NCBI GenBank assembly: GCA_012295275.1
Contig: CM022669.1
Coordinates: 19,096,001-19,160,000 of the forward strand
DNA length: 64,000 nt
Direction: 5' to 3'
DNA from: Chrysomallon squamiferum
Taxonomy: Eukaryota > Animalia > Mollusca
Translations under genes and position numbers: made by a program
Part shown: piece after piece, positions 40,917 through 54,035 of the stretch
Position numbering within the stretch: position 1 is the first letter of the stretch
How the letters are laid out: each line of letters opens with the position of its first letter
Notes under the pieces: generated by a model
Told to the model about the DNA's origin: nothing
What the model saw: only the letters and a program-made list of their open reading frames with translations
The model's database searches: none

Positions 40917-41513
40917 GATGCCTGTAAGAAACATTTTTCTCCTGGTATTTCCATGTATGAAATGTCTTTTCAAAATATGAAAATTTCAAAATCTGTGCAT
41001 TTCAAGGACCTAATATTGTACTTTGTTATTAGTAAAGGTTTGTCACAATTAAAAAAAAAATAAACAAAAATAGAAAGTATACAAAGTTTTATAAATATTT
41101 ATGTATGAAATTCCATAACAGGCATGTCAGCCTCAGTGTACTTGATATTTTCAAACTTCATTATCAGCAAAGGCTGCAACCAGTCATAGACACCAATAAA
41201 CATGTAAATATATATATATATAGTTATATTTAATTCTGATCCTTTGTAAACACCAAGGATACAACCAGTACTTCAACAGTAGTGTTCATTAATTTAAGAT
41301 GCCTTAATTTATGTAATTATTATTAAGTCTATCTTTGCTATTAACACTATCCATGAAGTACATACACACAATCTAGGATGTTCAACAATTTCTTCTTCAT
41401 AAGCACACCACAGAATATTAAAGCTTCTCTGATGTGTTCTGTGATTTTTATTTCTTGGCCTTTGTAGAGTGTTATTTTTAATACTGTTATGTTTATCAAG
41501 TCTGTCTGTTGTT

Positions 41514-43352
41514 TTATATGTCTATGGATTCACCGAGTTCAATGACAAGTTTCTGCATCACAGGATCTTGTTGCCAGTTCACTCCACTGCCTAGAATAAC
41601 ACCTCTGAGTACCTGGCGCTGAATAACTATCTTGTCCACCGTCTTCTGTAGCTGATTCTTCAGACTGAAAAAAAATAAATAATAATAATAATATTAATAA
41701 ATATAACGATAATAGTAATAGTAATAATAATAATCATATTAACAACATTGATGATAATAATCAAATTTACACTACTACTACTACTACTAATATTAAAATT
41801 AATAATAATAATGACAGTAAGAACAATATTAAAACAACAAAAAAGACAACTTAATGTATAACAATACAAAAATGGCTTGACCAAAATACTTTAATTAATT
41901 GATTACACTAGAAATAATCAAAATTACAATTACAATTTCATTTCAGTGATCACAGTTTATTATTAATAAAACAAGATTATCAGTTATTTCTTAAACATTA
42001 ACTGATGTCTGTAACAATAATAATAAAATTCAGTTGTTATAATGCTAGCCTGACAATCTTCTGATCATATACCATTCAACATTTCTATAGACACTAATTT
42101 AAAAAGTTTCCTTTCTTCTTAAAAAAAACTTACGCTTGGCCTCTCTCATTCTGACTGAAATTTTTCACTTGTTCTTGCATAGATGCATTTCTTTCATTAA
42201 TAACAGACATCAATCTTCGATTGTTTACTTTCAGCTCTGTAGCAAATATAAATCAACACAAATCATTTTAAATGGCTAAAAATAATTATTATTTAAGTGT
42301 ACAAGAAACACAGATTCTACCTGCTGTGATGTGAACATATCCGTTAAATAAAACATTCTGTATATTCATGTTCTTTTCTTCTTTGTTTAATTAAATAATT
42401 AAAAACAAAAAAGGATAAAAAAAAACCACTGATGCAATTTTAATTCTTTTGTGCATTGTGTATTTTTGTTCTGTGTTACTGTGCATAGAAATGGGAAGAA
42501 AAATTTAAAACTTTTACAATAAATAAGCTATTTCAGGTGAACAAAATTATATTTGTGAAAAGAAAATAAATAACTGTTACCATAATTCTCTTTCTTTATT
42601 TCGTCTAAGTCGTTTTTTAATTGTTGTATTGACTGAAAGAAGAAAAAAAATACAACAAACAAATTTATAACTGCAACAGTGAAAATGTAAATTTATATTT
42701 TTAAAACATCAGGTAAAAAATAAAATTAACTTAAATAATGAATATCGCATGCAAAATGCTGTAGCAAAAAGTATTTAGGATTTTTTAATAATAATTTTAC
42801 CTTTTCAGTATTTATATTTAACTTTGATGAAGATACACCACCCAAGCAAGACTAGAGAAAATACAGTGTGACAAATAGATGGATAGATGGATGGATATAC
42901 TTTGTTTGAAAGTGTTTCATTACCTCACTTTTCTTAGCTGTTTTAGACACAAGCTCTCTTTGTTTTTCTAAAAGTTCCGCTAAGTATCTGTTAACAAAAG
43001 AAATTCAGCAAAAATCAAATAAATATATATATATATACCAAATTACTTTTATACGAACAATATTCAATATATTATTCAAACATAGGTGATAATAAACCAT
43101 GCATGTACATCCACAAACAGTAATTAAGATTAATCACATTTTACTAAGGTTGTGTACTTTACTGCTAAAGTTAACAGTATATAATTGACTGAGATGAAAT
43201 ATTTACTTTTTCTTGTTTTCATCTATCTGAGATAATGAACTGCCTGGATCTTCTGGAGAACTATCTAAAATTTTGTTCAGTGTCTGACCAAGCTGTAACC
43301 TGAAAGATAAAAATATTTTATATAAATAAACACACAGACATACACACACATG

Positions 43353-43394
<42 letters not shown>

Positions 43395-45085
43395 CAGTGT
43401 TGACAACAACAATTTTAACTGAACACAAATATTCTGTTTTTGTCATACTCATACTGTTTGTCTCTTTCCCTCAAAAATATACATTAATAGAAATATCAGT
43501 TTCTGATTAAAATAATAACCACAAGTTAAAATATTTTCTGAAATCAATTTTCAATTTAAAAAAAAAAAATAATAATAATAAAGTAAAGGTTCACAAAAAA
43601 CCCATCTGAAATATAAAAATAATGGAAGGAAAGTAAATCAGAGAAGACTAATATAGTAATACTTCTTCATTTTCATATTCTAGAAATATTAGTAAGTATA
43701 ATACCTTCTTACAGCCAGACTGCGCAATGATGATTTAGAAGACTCTGCAATTAGTTCCTGTTGTAGCTTGTCCAGGCTGTATAGTTAAATAAAGTATAAA
43801 TTAAGTCATTATTATTATATGTGTGGTAGCTGTGAAAGTAACATACATACATATTTTTTTAAATTTTTTTTTTAAACTAAATATACAGAGTTTAGAATAT
43901 GATCAAAAAGAAATACGATATAATTTTTTTTATTTATTATTTAAATTAAATCAGAATATGGCAACTTAATACTTTTCAAGTTAACTCATGTTCAAAGTCT
44001 GTACAAAGTTGGGTGACTGAATCTTGTGGTTGAACAATCCCTGCCTTCCAACCCCCACAATAAATAAATAAATAAATAAATAAATAAACAAACAAATATG
44101 AAAAAACCTAGTAATGATAATAATAACAATACAAACAACAACAACAATAATAATGAATGAATAAACAGTATTTACAATAAAAAAATTAGTAGCAATAACA
44201 AATACAATGATAAAAACAACAATATATATTTAGACAAAAAATAACAATCAATACACAAACAGTATACAAATGTGTAAGATAAAACTTGATGTAATGTAAC
44301 TTTTTATATAACTTACTTTTCTTGTAGTTTCTGCAAATCATCTTCTGTCTCTGGTTGGGATTTAGCTTGAAAATAAAAACAAATGATAGATAATGTGTAT
44401 CAGATTAATACAACCGTCTGTTTCCAATAATAAACATTTATATCATTTTGACTTTAATACAACAATCAAAATGGAAACATGAAACTTTTTAATTCTCTCT
44501 CTCTATCTCAATAATTAAAATTGTTATGAAATTACTACTAGCAAAATAATTTACACTGCAAAAATTAATAAATACAATTGGCTGGAGTTATGTCCCTTCT
44601 TGAAAGAACTTGCCACACAGTTGAGTTTTAGTTTATTTCAAGATAAATGTTGGGTCAGTAACATTTCATTAATGGCATGTTTTATTTTTATTTATTTTTA
44701 AAAACAAAAATAAGGAGAGAGAACAATTGAGTGGGTATTAATGTCAGAAAGAGAGATATGCAATGAGAGAAGAAGGGTGAATTATGAATAAGACAAATTG
44801 AGAAACATGCTGAGATGACAAATTGAAAGAAAGAATGATGAATGGCAGGTTGAAAACTTTAATGCAGATAAGGATGCTGGTTAATGGGTTCCTAAGTTGT
44901 TAGTTAGATTAAATACCTGCTTTAGCGTGTGTTCTGTAATACAGCAACTGTCTGTCTAGCCATGACTCTATTTTGAGGAGTTCTGTTACCGTGACAACAG
45001 GTTCTTCTGAGGATTCAGGTGAAATGCTGTCATCAACATCTGCCACACCGTGGATAGCAGCTGTGTCAGATTCATAAACCGACAT
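41514..45085 (-). CDS. CENPH: Centromere protein H (CENP-H, CCAN inner-kinetochore subunit), 250 aa
   Basis: Eight exons with GT-AG boundaries and matching phases: 45085-44917, 44365-44317, 43776-43705, 43299-43207, 42987-42924, 42632-42581, 42236-42134, 41664-41514 (753 nt). Coiled-coil body; the C-terminus IQRQVLRGVILGSGVNWQQDPVMQKLVIEL matches the CENP-H signature (human approx. FQNLILGSKVNWAEDPALKEIVLQL); length similar to human CENP-H. Confidence 0.88.
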
Positions 45086-45137
45086 TGTTGTACAGCAAGT
45101 TTGATCAATTAATTTGTATCAGCTGAACTTTAAAAAG

Positions 45138-45168
<31 letters not shown>

Positions 45169-45735
45169 AAAAGAAATAAAGATACAGGAATCAATGAACC
45201 AGCAAAAAAACGTCACAAATTGATAGTATCAGTATTACTGATACACAATCATACAATGATAGATTATCATTAATATAATATTGAAATATGCCGGAATGCA
45301 GGAATTGTAAACTGAATTATGAATATGGACGATTATAAATAATCTTTGTACACTTAAATAGCAGTAAAACAACAAACTGAAGGTTAATATTCAATAAACT
45401 TGTGTTGACAAGATACAGATCTTTTAAACTGTAAATTGCTTACATTTCAGTGCTCAGAATCCGTATTATTTACCTTTTACTATTCCGGCTGCATCTCTTT
45501 ACGATCAGTTCATTTCCTGTTACTAATCGGGGTGTTCGGCTTATGACATAAAATATACAGTTTCAGTTTCCAAAGAAATCTACTACTTAATTTAACTGTA
45601 CACTCTCTATGCTGATTTGTAATCTCATATAATATATTTATCTGCGATACATATGCAGAGAAACATTTAAAAAAAAAATTTTTTTTTTTTTTCTGAAGTC
45701 TTTTAACTATGTTGAGAAATAGACTAATCCACTTC

Positions 45736-45770
45736 ATTTCCGCTTCCGCATTTGGCGGGCCTTTCAAAAA
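45736..45770. promoter_or_regulatory. Putative bidirectional cell-cycle promoter core: ETS-like TTCCGCTTCCG, E2F site TTTGGCGG, 4-nt spacer, CHR (TTCAAA)
   Basis: Sequence TTTCCGCTTCCGCATTTGGCGG-GCCT-TTCAAA lies between the divergent CENP-H and membrane-protein genes. Confidence 0.6.
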
Positions 45771-45964
45771 GAGTTTTTCTTATAAAATATCTATTTCATG
45801 CTTCATAATTTACACATAACACGATAAAAAATAATTTATCCACACTCTTCCTAATTTCTATTATGTCAAAAGCATAATAAACACTGTCGTTGTGTTTTGA
45901 CTTTTATACCACATTTCGTAGCTGTCGAACGGGACAATCAAAGCGTAAACATGAAACGTTTTAA

Positions 45965-45967
<3 letters not shown>

Positions 45968-46047
<80 letters not shown>
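45968..46047. repeat. (TC)n microsatellite
   Basis: Directly visible. Confidence 0.95.
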
Positions 46048-46050
<3 letters not shown>

Positions 46051-46171
46051 AATTTAAACTGTTATGAAATTACTACTAATTATTACAAACAGTATTTATC
46101 CTGATATGTCAACAAGTGGTACACATAATGACCGGTGAATTAATTTTTCAGTGTTTATACATTTATTATTG

Positions 46172-46216
<45 letters not shown>

Positions 46217-46273
46217 GTTATTATTATTATTATTATTATTGTCATCCTTATCATTATCATTATTTTACATAGA

Positions 46274-49181
46274 ATGTCCAGAACATCCTACTCCTCTGTA
46301 TCAGAAATTCATGCCCAAATTCAGGAAACAAAATTTTATTCAATGAAGAATAAAATGGGAGAGGTGAAAGATAGTTCTTCTTCAGACAGTAACTTTAAAA
46401 ATGACCAATCATCATGTTCAACACCACTGAGAAGAAGATTAGAATGTTTGCGTGAAAAGTTAGAATATCAGGATTCCAAGACTGAAGTTGCAGATAAAAC
46501 AAGCCCAACACTGACAATGTTGAGAATGACACCAGGTGAGATGTAGAGAAAGAGTAAGAAGAACAGAAAGAAAGATGAATTAAATGATAAGAAAAGGGCC
46601 AGGAAGATAGATTGAAAGAGAGAGAAAGTGAGTCAGAAAGGGAATGGGTGAAAGCAGTGATAGAATTCGATTTGTTTTTACAAAAGGTTTTCTCACAAAC
46701 ACTGGGTCAGGTTCATCCCATATAGATTGATCTTTGGTCAGCTATATGCTACAGCAGTCTACCAAGTGAAACTATTAATTATAAACATTTCCACAAATTT
46801 AAAGAAATGTCAAAACAAGGACTAAAGCATCATTTTATACATTTTGAGGAGATTGTAATAACTGGTAAATAGGAATATTGAAGTGACTTGTGTAAGACAC
46901 AAAACAAACTAAACAAGTATGGTTAATGTTAATCGCTTCAATGATCTCATGAAATTCTAGTGACAAGATTTGTTCAAACCCATGCACCAATGATGTCTTA
47001 TATTTATATTTGGTTTTATCTTTTACTTTTCCTGCTAGGTCACAAGCTGAAAGAGAAACAACAGATACTCATTGACAAGCACAACAAACTGAAACAGAAA
47101 CTGGACAAGGTCAATGTTGGGGGTGGAGTGACCCTCTGGCCAGCCATGGACAAGATGAGACTTACCCAAAGGGAGATAACTGAACTGGTCTTCTATTCAA
47201 CTTCTCTGTTTTTTGGTGTCGTGATTTTATTCTTAAAGATGCATGGTATTACAGATTTGTTTAAGCAGTAATATGATAAGTTAGATTATTAATTACTATG
47301 CTTAATTTCTAATCATTGTTGTCAGTAGTAGTATCTAGCAGTCAGCAATACACACATACACACACACACACATACATGTATTTTCACCTAGACAGGATAG
47401 CATACATCATAACTTCTCATAAGACAAGTATGGAGCACTGGTTGTAACTGGAATTATTATCAGTCACTGATTTCTGATCACTGAACTATTCATTATTTAT
47501 TCCCCATAGTAACCATGTCTGACAACCTATATTTTATATTAGCATATATGTGGTGGCATAGGATAACCAGTCACATGGTGAAAAGCTCAGGTTTTGATGG
47601 ATTAAGATAAATCACATTCTACAGATCAGTGATATGCAATGCATGGGGGTGCGATGTCAGAGATTTTAGATGAATCTTGGCAAAATTAGTGCATAGTTTT
47701 TGGCATAATTTTGTTAATTAAGATTTTGACAGGTCACCCCCAAAAAACAAAGAACATGTTTTACTGACTGATTTCAACTAAAAAACATCTGCAGACATGA
47801 AAGTTAAGATGTTACAAAACTGTTTGTGGTGAATAAGAAAACTGATCTATTGATGCACTGGACTGCATTGATAGGCTGTAACTCAAAATTACACTGCGTG
47901 ACGTCTGACTGGTTATCCTATGCCAGCACACATGTACGACTAAGAAATAATTATTCAAATTAGTAGCCTCAAACACAAGTCTTAATAATTTAAAATCCAT
48001 TAATATCATGATAATTTACAATATATATTATTCTTAATGACATGAAGAATAGAAAAGCTTTTGTGTCTGGTTATTGTTTTGGTATATCAGGGTCACAATG
48101 TGATATCCACTGAGCTTGGTTTTGCAAAAGTAAATAAATAGGAGACAGAGTTTATACCCAAACTGTAAATAATATGTTATTAATGCCGTATTTTTTTTCT
48201 TGTTTTCAGAAATTTGATTTGCGATAATTTGTACAATTGAATATTGTCAGATATACATGTACCTGAATTACATGAGACATTTTAAAATTGTTTATGTTGA
48301 TCACAATTATTACAGCAACAGGTTTTCAGGGAATACTTAGCTTTCAGAATTCTGAGCAGCAAATATATTAACTCTAAAATGTAATCAGTAAGAAATATTG
48401 GTATGTGAATTATAAGAGAAAGTTTAGAATTGTGTAACATTCTCTGAAACATGCATGGTGATTCATGACATGATAAAGAACAAAATCTTTTTTTTTTTTT
48501 AGGAATGCTTTTGTTTTCATTATTTATATCTTTATTTATGTTATTATTATTATTATTTATTTCTTCTGATTTCAGGATCTACTTTACAAATGCTGTCAGA
48601 ATTCACACAGAAACTTAAAACATTTTGGTCAGAAAATCCAATTCAAATTTCAGGAAATTTTCAGGTTTTCTCCAAAACTTTGGTGTCTTGGCATTCATCC
48701 CACAGAGCGTTGCTGGTGAGGTTTCAAAAACAGCAGTTCTTTTAGTGAATAGTTTCCTAGAGTTTAGTGAATAGTTTCCTAATTTTTTAAGGGAGCTTTA
48801 GTGAATAAATTTAGTATTTAATGACAGCTCATAAAGTTTTCATTTTTTTTTCAGTATTCTACTTACAGTTATTATTATAATCATCAAATTATTGCTGGTA
48901 ATATTATAATCATAGCTGCAATCAGTTACTATTATTATTATTATTGTTATTGTTATTGTTATCATTGTTGTTACTAATATTACTACTACTGCTGCTAATG
49001 CTTTTTTATTATTATTACTGGAATAGTACAATTCAGCTATCACTATTGCTACTGCTACTCCCACTAGTACCATAAATACTATTACTGCTACTAAGATTCC
49101 TGTTATTATTGTTGTTACTACTACTATTATTAAAATTATTATTATTATTATTATTATTATCATTATCATCATCATCATTAA

Positions 49182-49259
<78 letters not shown>

Positions 49260-50673
49260 CATCACCATCATCATCATTACCACTACTGCCAGTACTAATA
49301 TTATTGCTGTTGTAACTATTATTATTATTCAGGATGAAATCCATCATTCTTTTGATGTGTCTCATTGTTCCAGTCTCTATCAGATGTTTTTTGTCACTTA
49401 TCTTTTCGGATTGGGAATTCTTGTCTACTATCTTGCAGATAACATGTTTTCAAAGAGTAGACTGTCACCGCGAAGAATCAGAATATGGTACATTGTGTTT
49501 TAACACCTACATAGTTATTAATTATATCACCTTTAAAACATCCATAAATTAAAAATATTATGATAAACTCAAATTATTGTTGTCATTTTTAGAAATTATA
49601 TTTTAACTTTGTTTTAGTTGACTGCATTTTATTTTATTTTAATTTTATGTCAGTTTTTATTATTATATCATAATATGTTTTATTTTTATAATAATTTTAT
49701 TTATAATATTATAAATTATTAATTTTTGTAAAAATAAAAATCTCTTCAATAACAAAGAGCTTAAATCTGTTAAAAAAAAAAAAATAATAATAATATTATT
49801 ATATTTTTATTTTATTTGTTAACTTTTTATTATTATTTATTATTATTGTATTTATTTATTTTTTATTATGTTTTTTCAGGGTGTGCTTATTAACTGTGAT
49901 AGGGACCTGGACAGTTCTGATGATTTATTTCTTAATATTAGCCTACAGGCTGGAAAATGCAGTGGAAGCTAATGTACAACAACTTTTTGAAATTTTGGTA
50001 TGTTTATTTTCAAATAAATAAATAAATAAATAAATAAATAAGAAATAAGAAATTTATTTTAAATGAAAATGTCTTATAAAGGCAAGTTTTAATGAAAGAA
50101 AGATAACAATAACTTTAATTTATTAACTTACTCAAAAACTATAACTTTTAATATTATGTTATTTATTTTGAGATTCACTTGAAATTTAACTATTAATAAA
50201 ATATAAAACTTTTCTAAAAATATAATAACTTTTAATAACTGAATTATCTAAAAAAAAAAAAGAAGAAAATTAAAAGACTGAACTTAGCTAAAAATATAAT
50301 TTTTATTATCTGAATTAGGTAAAAACAAAATTAAAAATTAAAAGTCAGAACTTGGCTCAAAATATTATAACTTTTATTTATTAAATTAGCTAAATACAAT
50401 AACTTTTATTTTTATTTTTATTATTTTCAGGCAGATTTAATAGGCTCTGATTACGACCTTCAGCAGTTCAACATGGTTCTCAAATACTGGCAAACTCGCT
50501 GTCTGCAGCCCACAGCCAGTGGCATCTTGGTTATCCTGGGGGTCCTGCCTGTGAGTAATGTGGCATACTACCTACAGTACTACAGCCTCCCTGTGATAAC
50601 TGTCCTTGTCACACCCATCGTCAGACTTGTATCCGCCCTTTATCAGGTTTACGGAAACTCATCAAAACTTTAA
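46274..50673 (+). CDS. Uncharacterised protein (~374 aa): Ser-rich/coiled-coil N-terminus followed by about 4 predicted transmembrane segments
   Basis: Six exons with canonical boundaries and matching phases: 46274-46535, 47039-47245, 48576-48715, 49333-49487, 49880-49997, 50431-50673 (1125 nt, no internal stop). Hydrophobic segments LVFYSTSLFFGVVILFL, MFFVTYLFGLGILVYYLA, VCLLTVIGTWTVLMIYFLILAY and GILVILGVLPV...LPVITVLVTPIV. No family recognised. Confidence 0.8.
47375..47490 (-). mobile_element. Degraded SINE fragment in intron 2 of the membrane-protein gene
   Basis: AGACAGGATAGCATACATCAT...GGAGCACTGGTTGTAACTGGAA; the GGAGCACTGG core is the reverse complement of the CCAGTGCTCC core at ~26521. 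Confidence 0.5.
48860..49330. repeat. Compound (TTA/TCA/CTA)n low-complexity tract
   Basis: Directly visible; source of the poly-N/I/L ORFs. Confidence 0.9.
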
Positions 50674-53600
50674 AACACGTTTTGTGTTAAAAAAATATAT
50701 ACGTCATGATATTAAGAACAGAAATTATTTTGTGTGTGTGTGTGTGTGTGTGTGGTGTATCTGTGAGTATGTGTTTGAAAAAAACAACAAAAAAACCCCA
50801 AACAATTGTTGATTTCTTGATTATTTCCTAAATGTGTTTTCCAGATAGTTTAGTAAATAAACCTGTATGGTTTTCCAGATAAATGCTTGATCTGTTTTGA
50901 AAAATAACCACTTAAGCACAGGAAATTACATTAAAAGCACCTTTACGTGGATTATGCATGTTACTAAAAATGTTATTAAAATGTTATTTGTCTTGAGTAA
51001 CCGAGAGCTCACTGACAATTGTGTTCAGATTTTTAAATCTGTCGAGATTTATGTGACAGATGCGAAATAAAGAGCATTAAATTCTATTTCATTAAGTTGA
51101 ATGACCTGTTGGAGTGAGACTGTCAACACATTGTTTTGTGAAGTCAACATGGTATATTGTGGCTCTGACTGTTCTAAAGTGTATAAGTGTGTGTGGGGGG
51201 TCTATAGGTATGGGTATGGGTGGGTAGACAGTTATCAAACAACGCCTCCACAAAAAAGATAATAAAAGTGTGAATGATTAAAACTGTAAGTGTAATGTTT
51301 ATAAATATTGGTGCTGGATTATAATAGATCTGATGTCTGAATTAATTATTATTATTATTATTATTACTGGAAGTACATTTAAAACATTTAAGAATATATT
51401 TAGCCTTTTTATAAATGTGTTAATGGTCAATACACATATACAGACACACACACACATGCTGGTATTTAAAATGTACATTCCATGTTTGGTTTATTTAATG
51501 TCATTCCTTTGTAAGTTATTATTATTATTTTTTTCAAACCTTTTCTTTAGCTAAATTTTGTCATGTTTATAGTGCTCAATTATTTTTATAGCAATAAAAT
51601 TATTTTCAGAAACATTTCTTGGTGTGGCTTTTACTTAATTGTGTAATTTACCTGGCACAGAAAAACCCCCATCTAATACCAGATGATATGCTACAAATGT
51701 CAAGGACAAGGCAGAGCCTCTGGCTGTAAATCTTAATTCTAAGACTATTACAAAACTAAACAAAATTCAGACAGAATGAGTTCAGACAGGTATTACTGTA
51801 TTGATCTATTTTAAATTTGCAGGAAATGGTTAAAATTGTTTTGTTTTGCAATATGGCCAAAGCAGTGTGATTTATTTTCTGTGATCCATAATAAGATAAC
51901 AGATAATTCTTAAAAAAATAATCTTCAGAGGATATTCCCAGTGATTGTTTTTCTCTCCATTAGCAGAAAGAATTTTTTAAAAGAGCTTTCTTTAGTCAGT
52001 AATATAAATACCACAGCTTTTGATAATTTGTGGAGTTCAGCATGGAATGGACAGAAAAAAATGAATGAAGTTTGGTCATTTTTTATATTTTTATTTGTAT
52101 ACTTATGTGCGTCTTTATTATTATTATTATTACAGAGAAAGCAAGGATTAAAAAAAATATTAATAGTAATATTAAAACAATCTTTTCTTATATTTAATTA
52201 AATTTGTGAAATAACTGTTTATATATGATTTACACTGATTAACAATTAATTGCTAACATTACTTCGTTTCATTTAAATTAATTAATTTTATGAAATATTC
52301 ATTTGGCATTTTTGAATTGTATCTGGGTAGCTTTTAATTACATTAATTTTTAGTTTCCTGTGTCTTTTCTAACACACACACACATACTTATATTAGTATT
52401 TTATTAATAACAGTAATAAAACAAAAATCAAAACCCAAGGTGGCATGCACTCATGACGTCAGATCGTTGAAAGATGTGTAACCCTAGCTTGATATATTCC
52501 AATAGTTTAATCAGACTTAGGTAAGATTTCTCATACTTTTGTATTTATATTAATATTAACTTACCGATCTGATAATATTTGGTGTCATTTAAAATGCTGA
52601 TTAACTGAGTATCCTCTTCATACTGGTGACAAATACACGGTTCTTTATTCCTCAATATCATAATAATATATTCAACCGGCACCTGGTCTTGCACACACAT
52701 TTACAGTGTTAGCCGAACTATACTTAAGTCAGTCGGATTCTCCAGTTTATGGTTTGGTTTATTAAGCTTTGACTGCGATAAATCCGTTGAATAACAGCAG
52801 GCGTTCTTATCGTTCTGGAAGACCAATGTTAATTTCGTGGCTTACATAAATGGTTCTGAAAGCTGTCACCATAACTAAGTAACTCATTATCAAAGTTGTT
52901 TTCACTGTCGGTCTTCGGCATTGTTACATCTTCGACATTATATTATTTAAAAAAAGAAAGAAAAATGTCTGCCATATACATATATATATATATATATTTT
53001 TTTTAATTTGTGTTTATTTCTTATATATATTAATATCAAAGTTCAGTTTTAAAAGAGGAATCAAAAGAAAATTCAGTTAATAATAATTTGGAAGAATCAG
53101 TTTTATATGTGATTTGTTTGAAGTACACTTTCAAACATATGTTTGTTCTGTGGATAAGTGAAACACACAGCATTATTTGTTTTGATTCGTACATAAAGCT
53201 TAGGGCTAGTTAAAAAAGAACGAAAGTCAGATGAGAAGAACAGAGATAATGAAAAACCAAAGAAAAAGGAGCTTTTATGAAGTAAACGTGACCCGAGTGA
53301 TAGCTTTTTCTCCAGCTGGGATCAAACACGTTTAAGTCTTGCATCATCCACACCTTAGTCTTTGTTTCTGTTAACTGATTTAGTCTGAACAATAATCTGA
53401 TATTCTTGACATTTGTCACCACTCCTTGTCAGTGTGAATAAATTTGCGTGAACAGTTAAACCTAATGACAGGAAGCAAATGTTTTACGGTCTGTGTGCAA
53501 TATGCCTGCATACATAATTGCTTATCTATATGAACAATATGAATATATAATTAGTTATATAAATTAACAGGCAAATGTAAAAGAGAAGGAAATGACGCCA

Positions 53601-53984
53601 TGTGTTGCAGCAGTAGCATATTATTTTCAGTTTTGGTTCATTTAGTTATTATTTTAATTGTTAATCGCGTGGTTAAAGTTTTTATCATCCTGTTGCTTAA
53701 AAATAATGGTGGGGGAAATAAGAGGAATAAAATCGAATATTATGATTATTATAAAATTAAATAAATAACAGAAAACAGGAGGACAACAACAACAAAAAGA
53801 AAAAAAAAAAAAAAAATATATATAAAAAGAGATAAAATAAAAATATGTTTTTTTAGTTATATTTAAAATTTCAGTATAGTACAGTGTGCTGATGTAAAAT
53901 CACTGTTATTCTTTATAAGAAGATTTTTATATAAAATAACAAATAAATGAAAAGAGAAAACCGACTGACTAACCTTGTAAACTT

Positions 53985-54035
<51 letters not shown>

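Noticed and set aside
52560-53460. Short, complex-looking minus-strand frames (e.g. MCVQDQVPVEYII...YYQI followed by GTAAGT; 70-aa ORF 53210-53422)
   Set aside because: No recognisable homology, interrupted by stops, and no consistent multi-exon model could be built.
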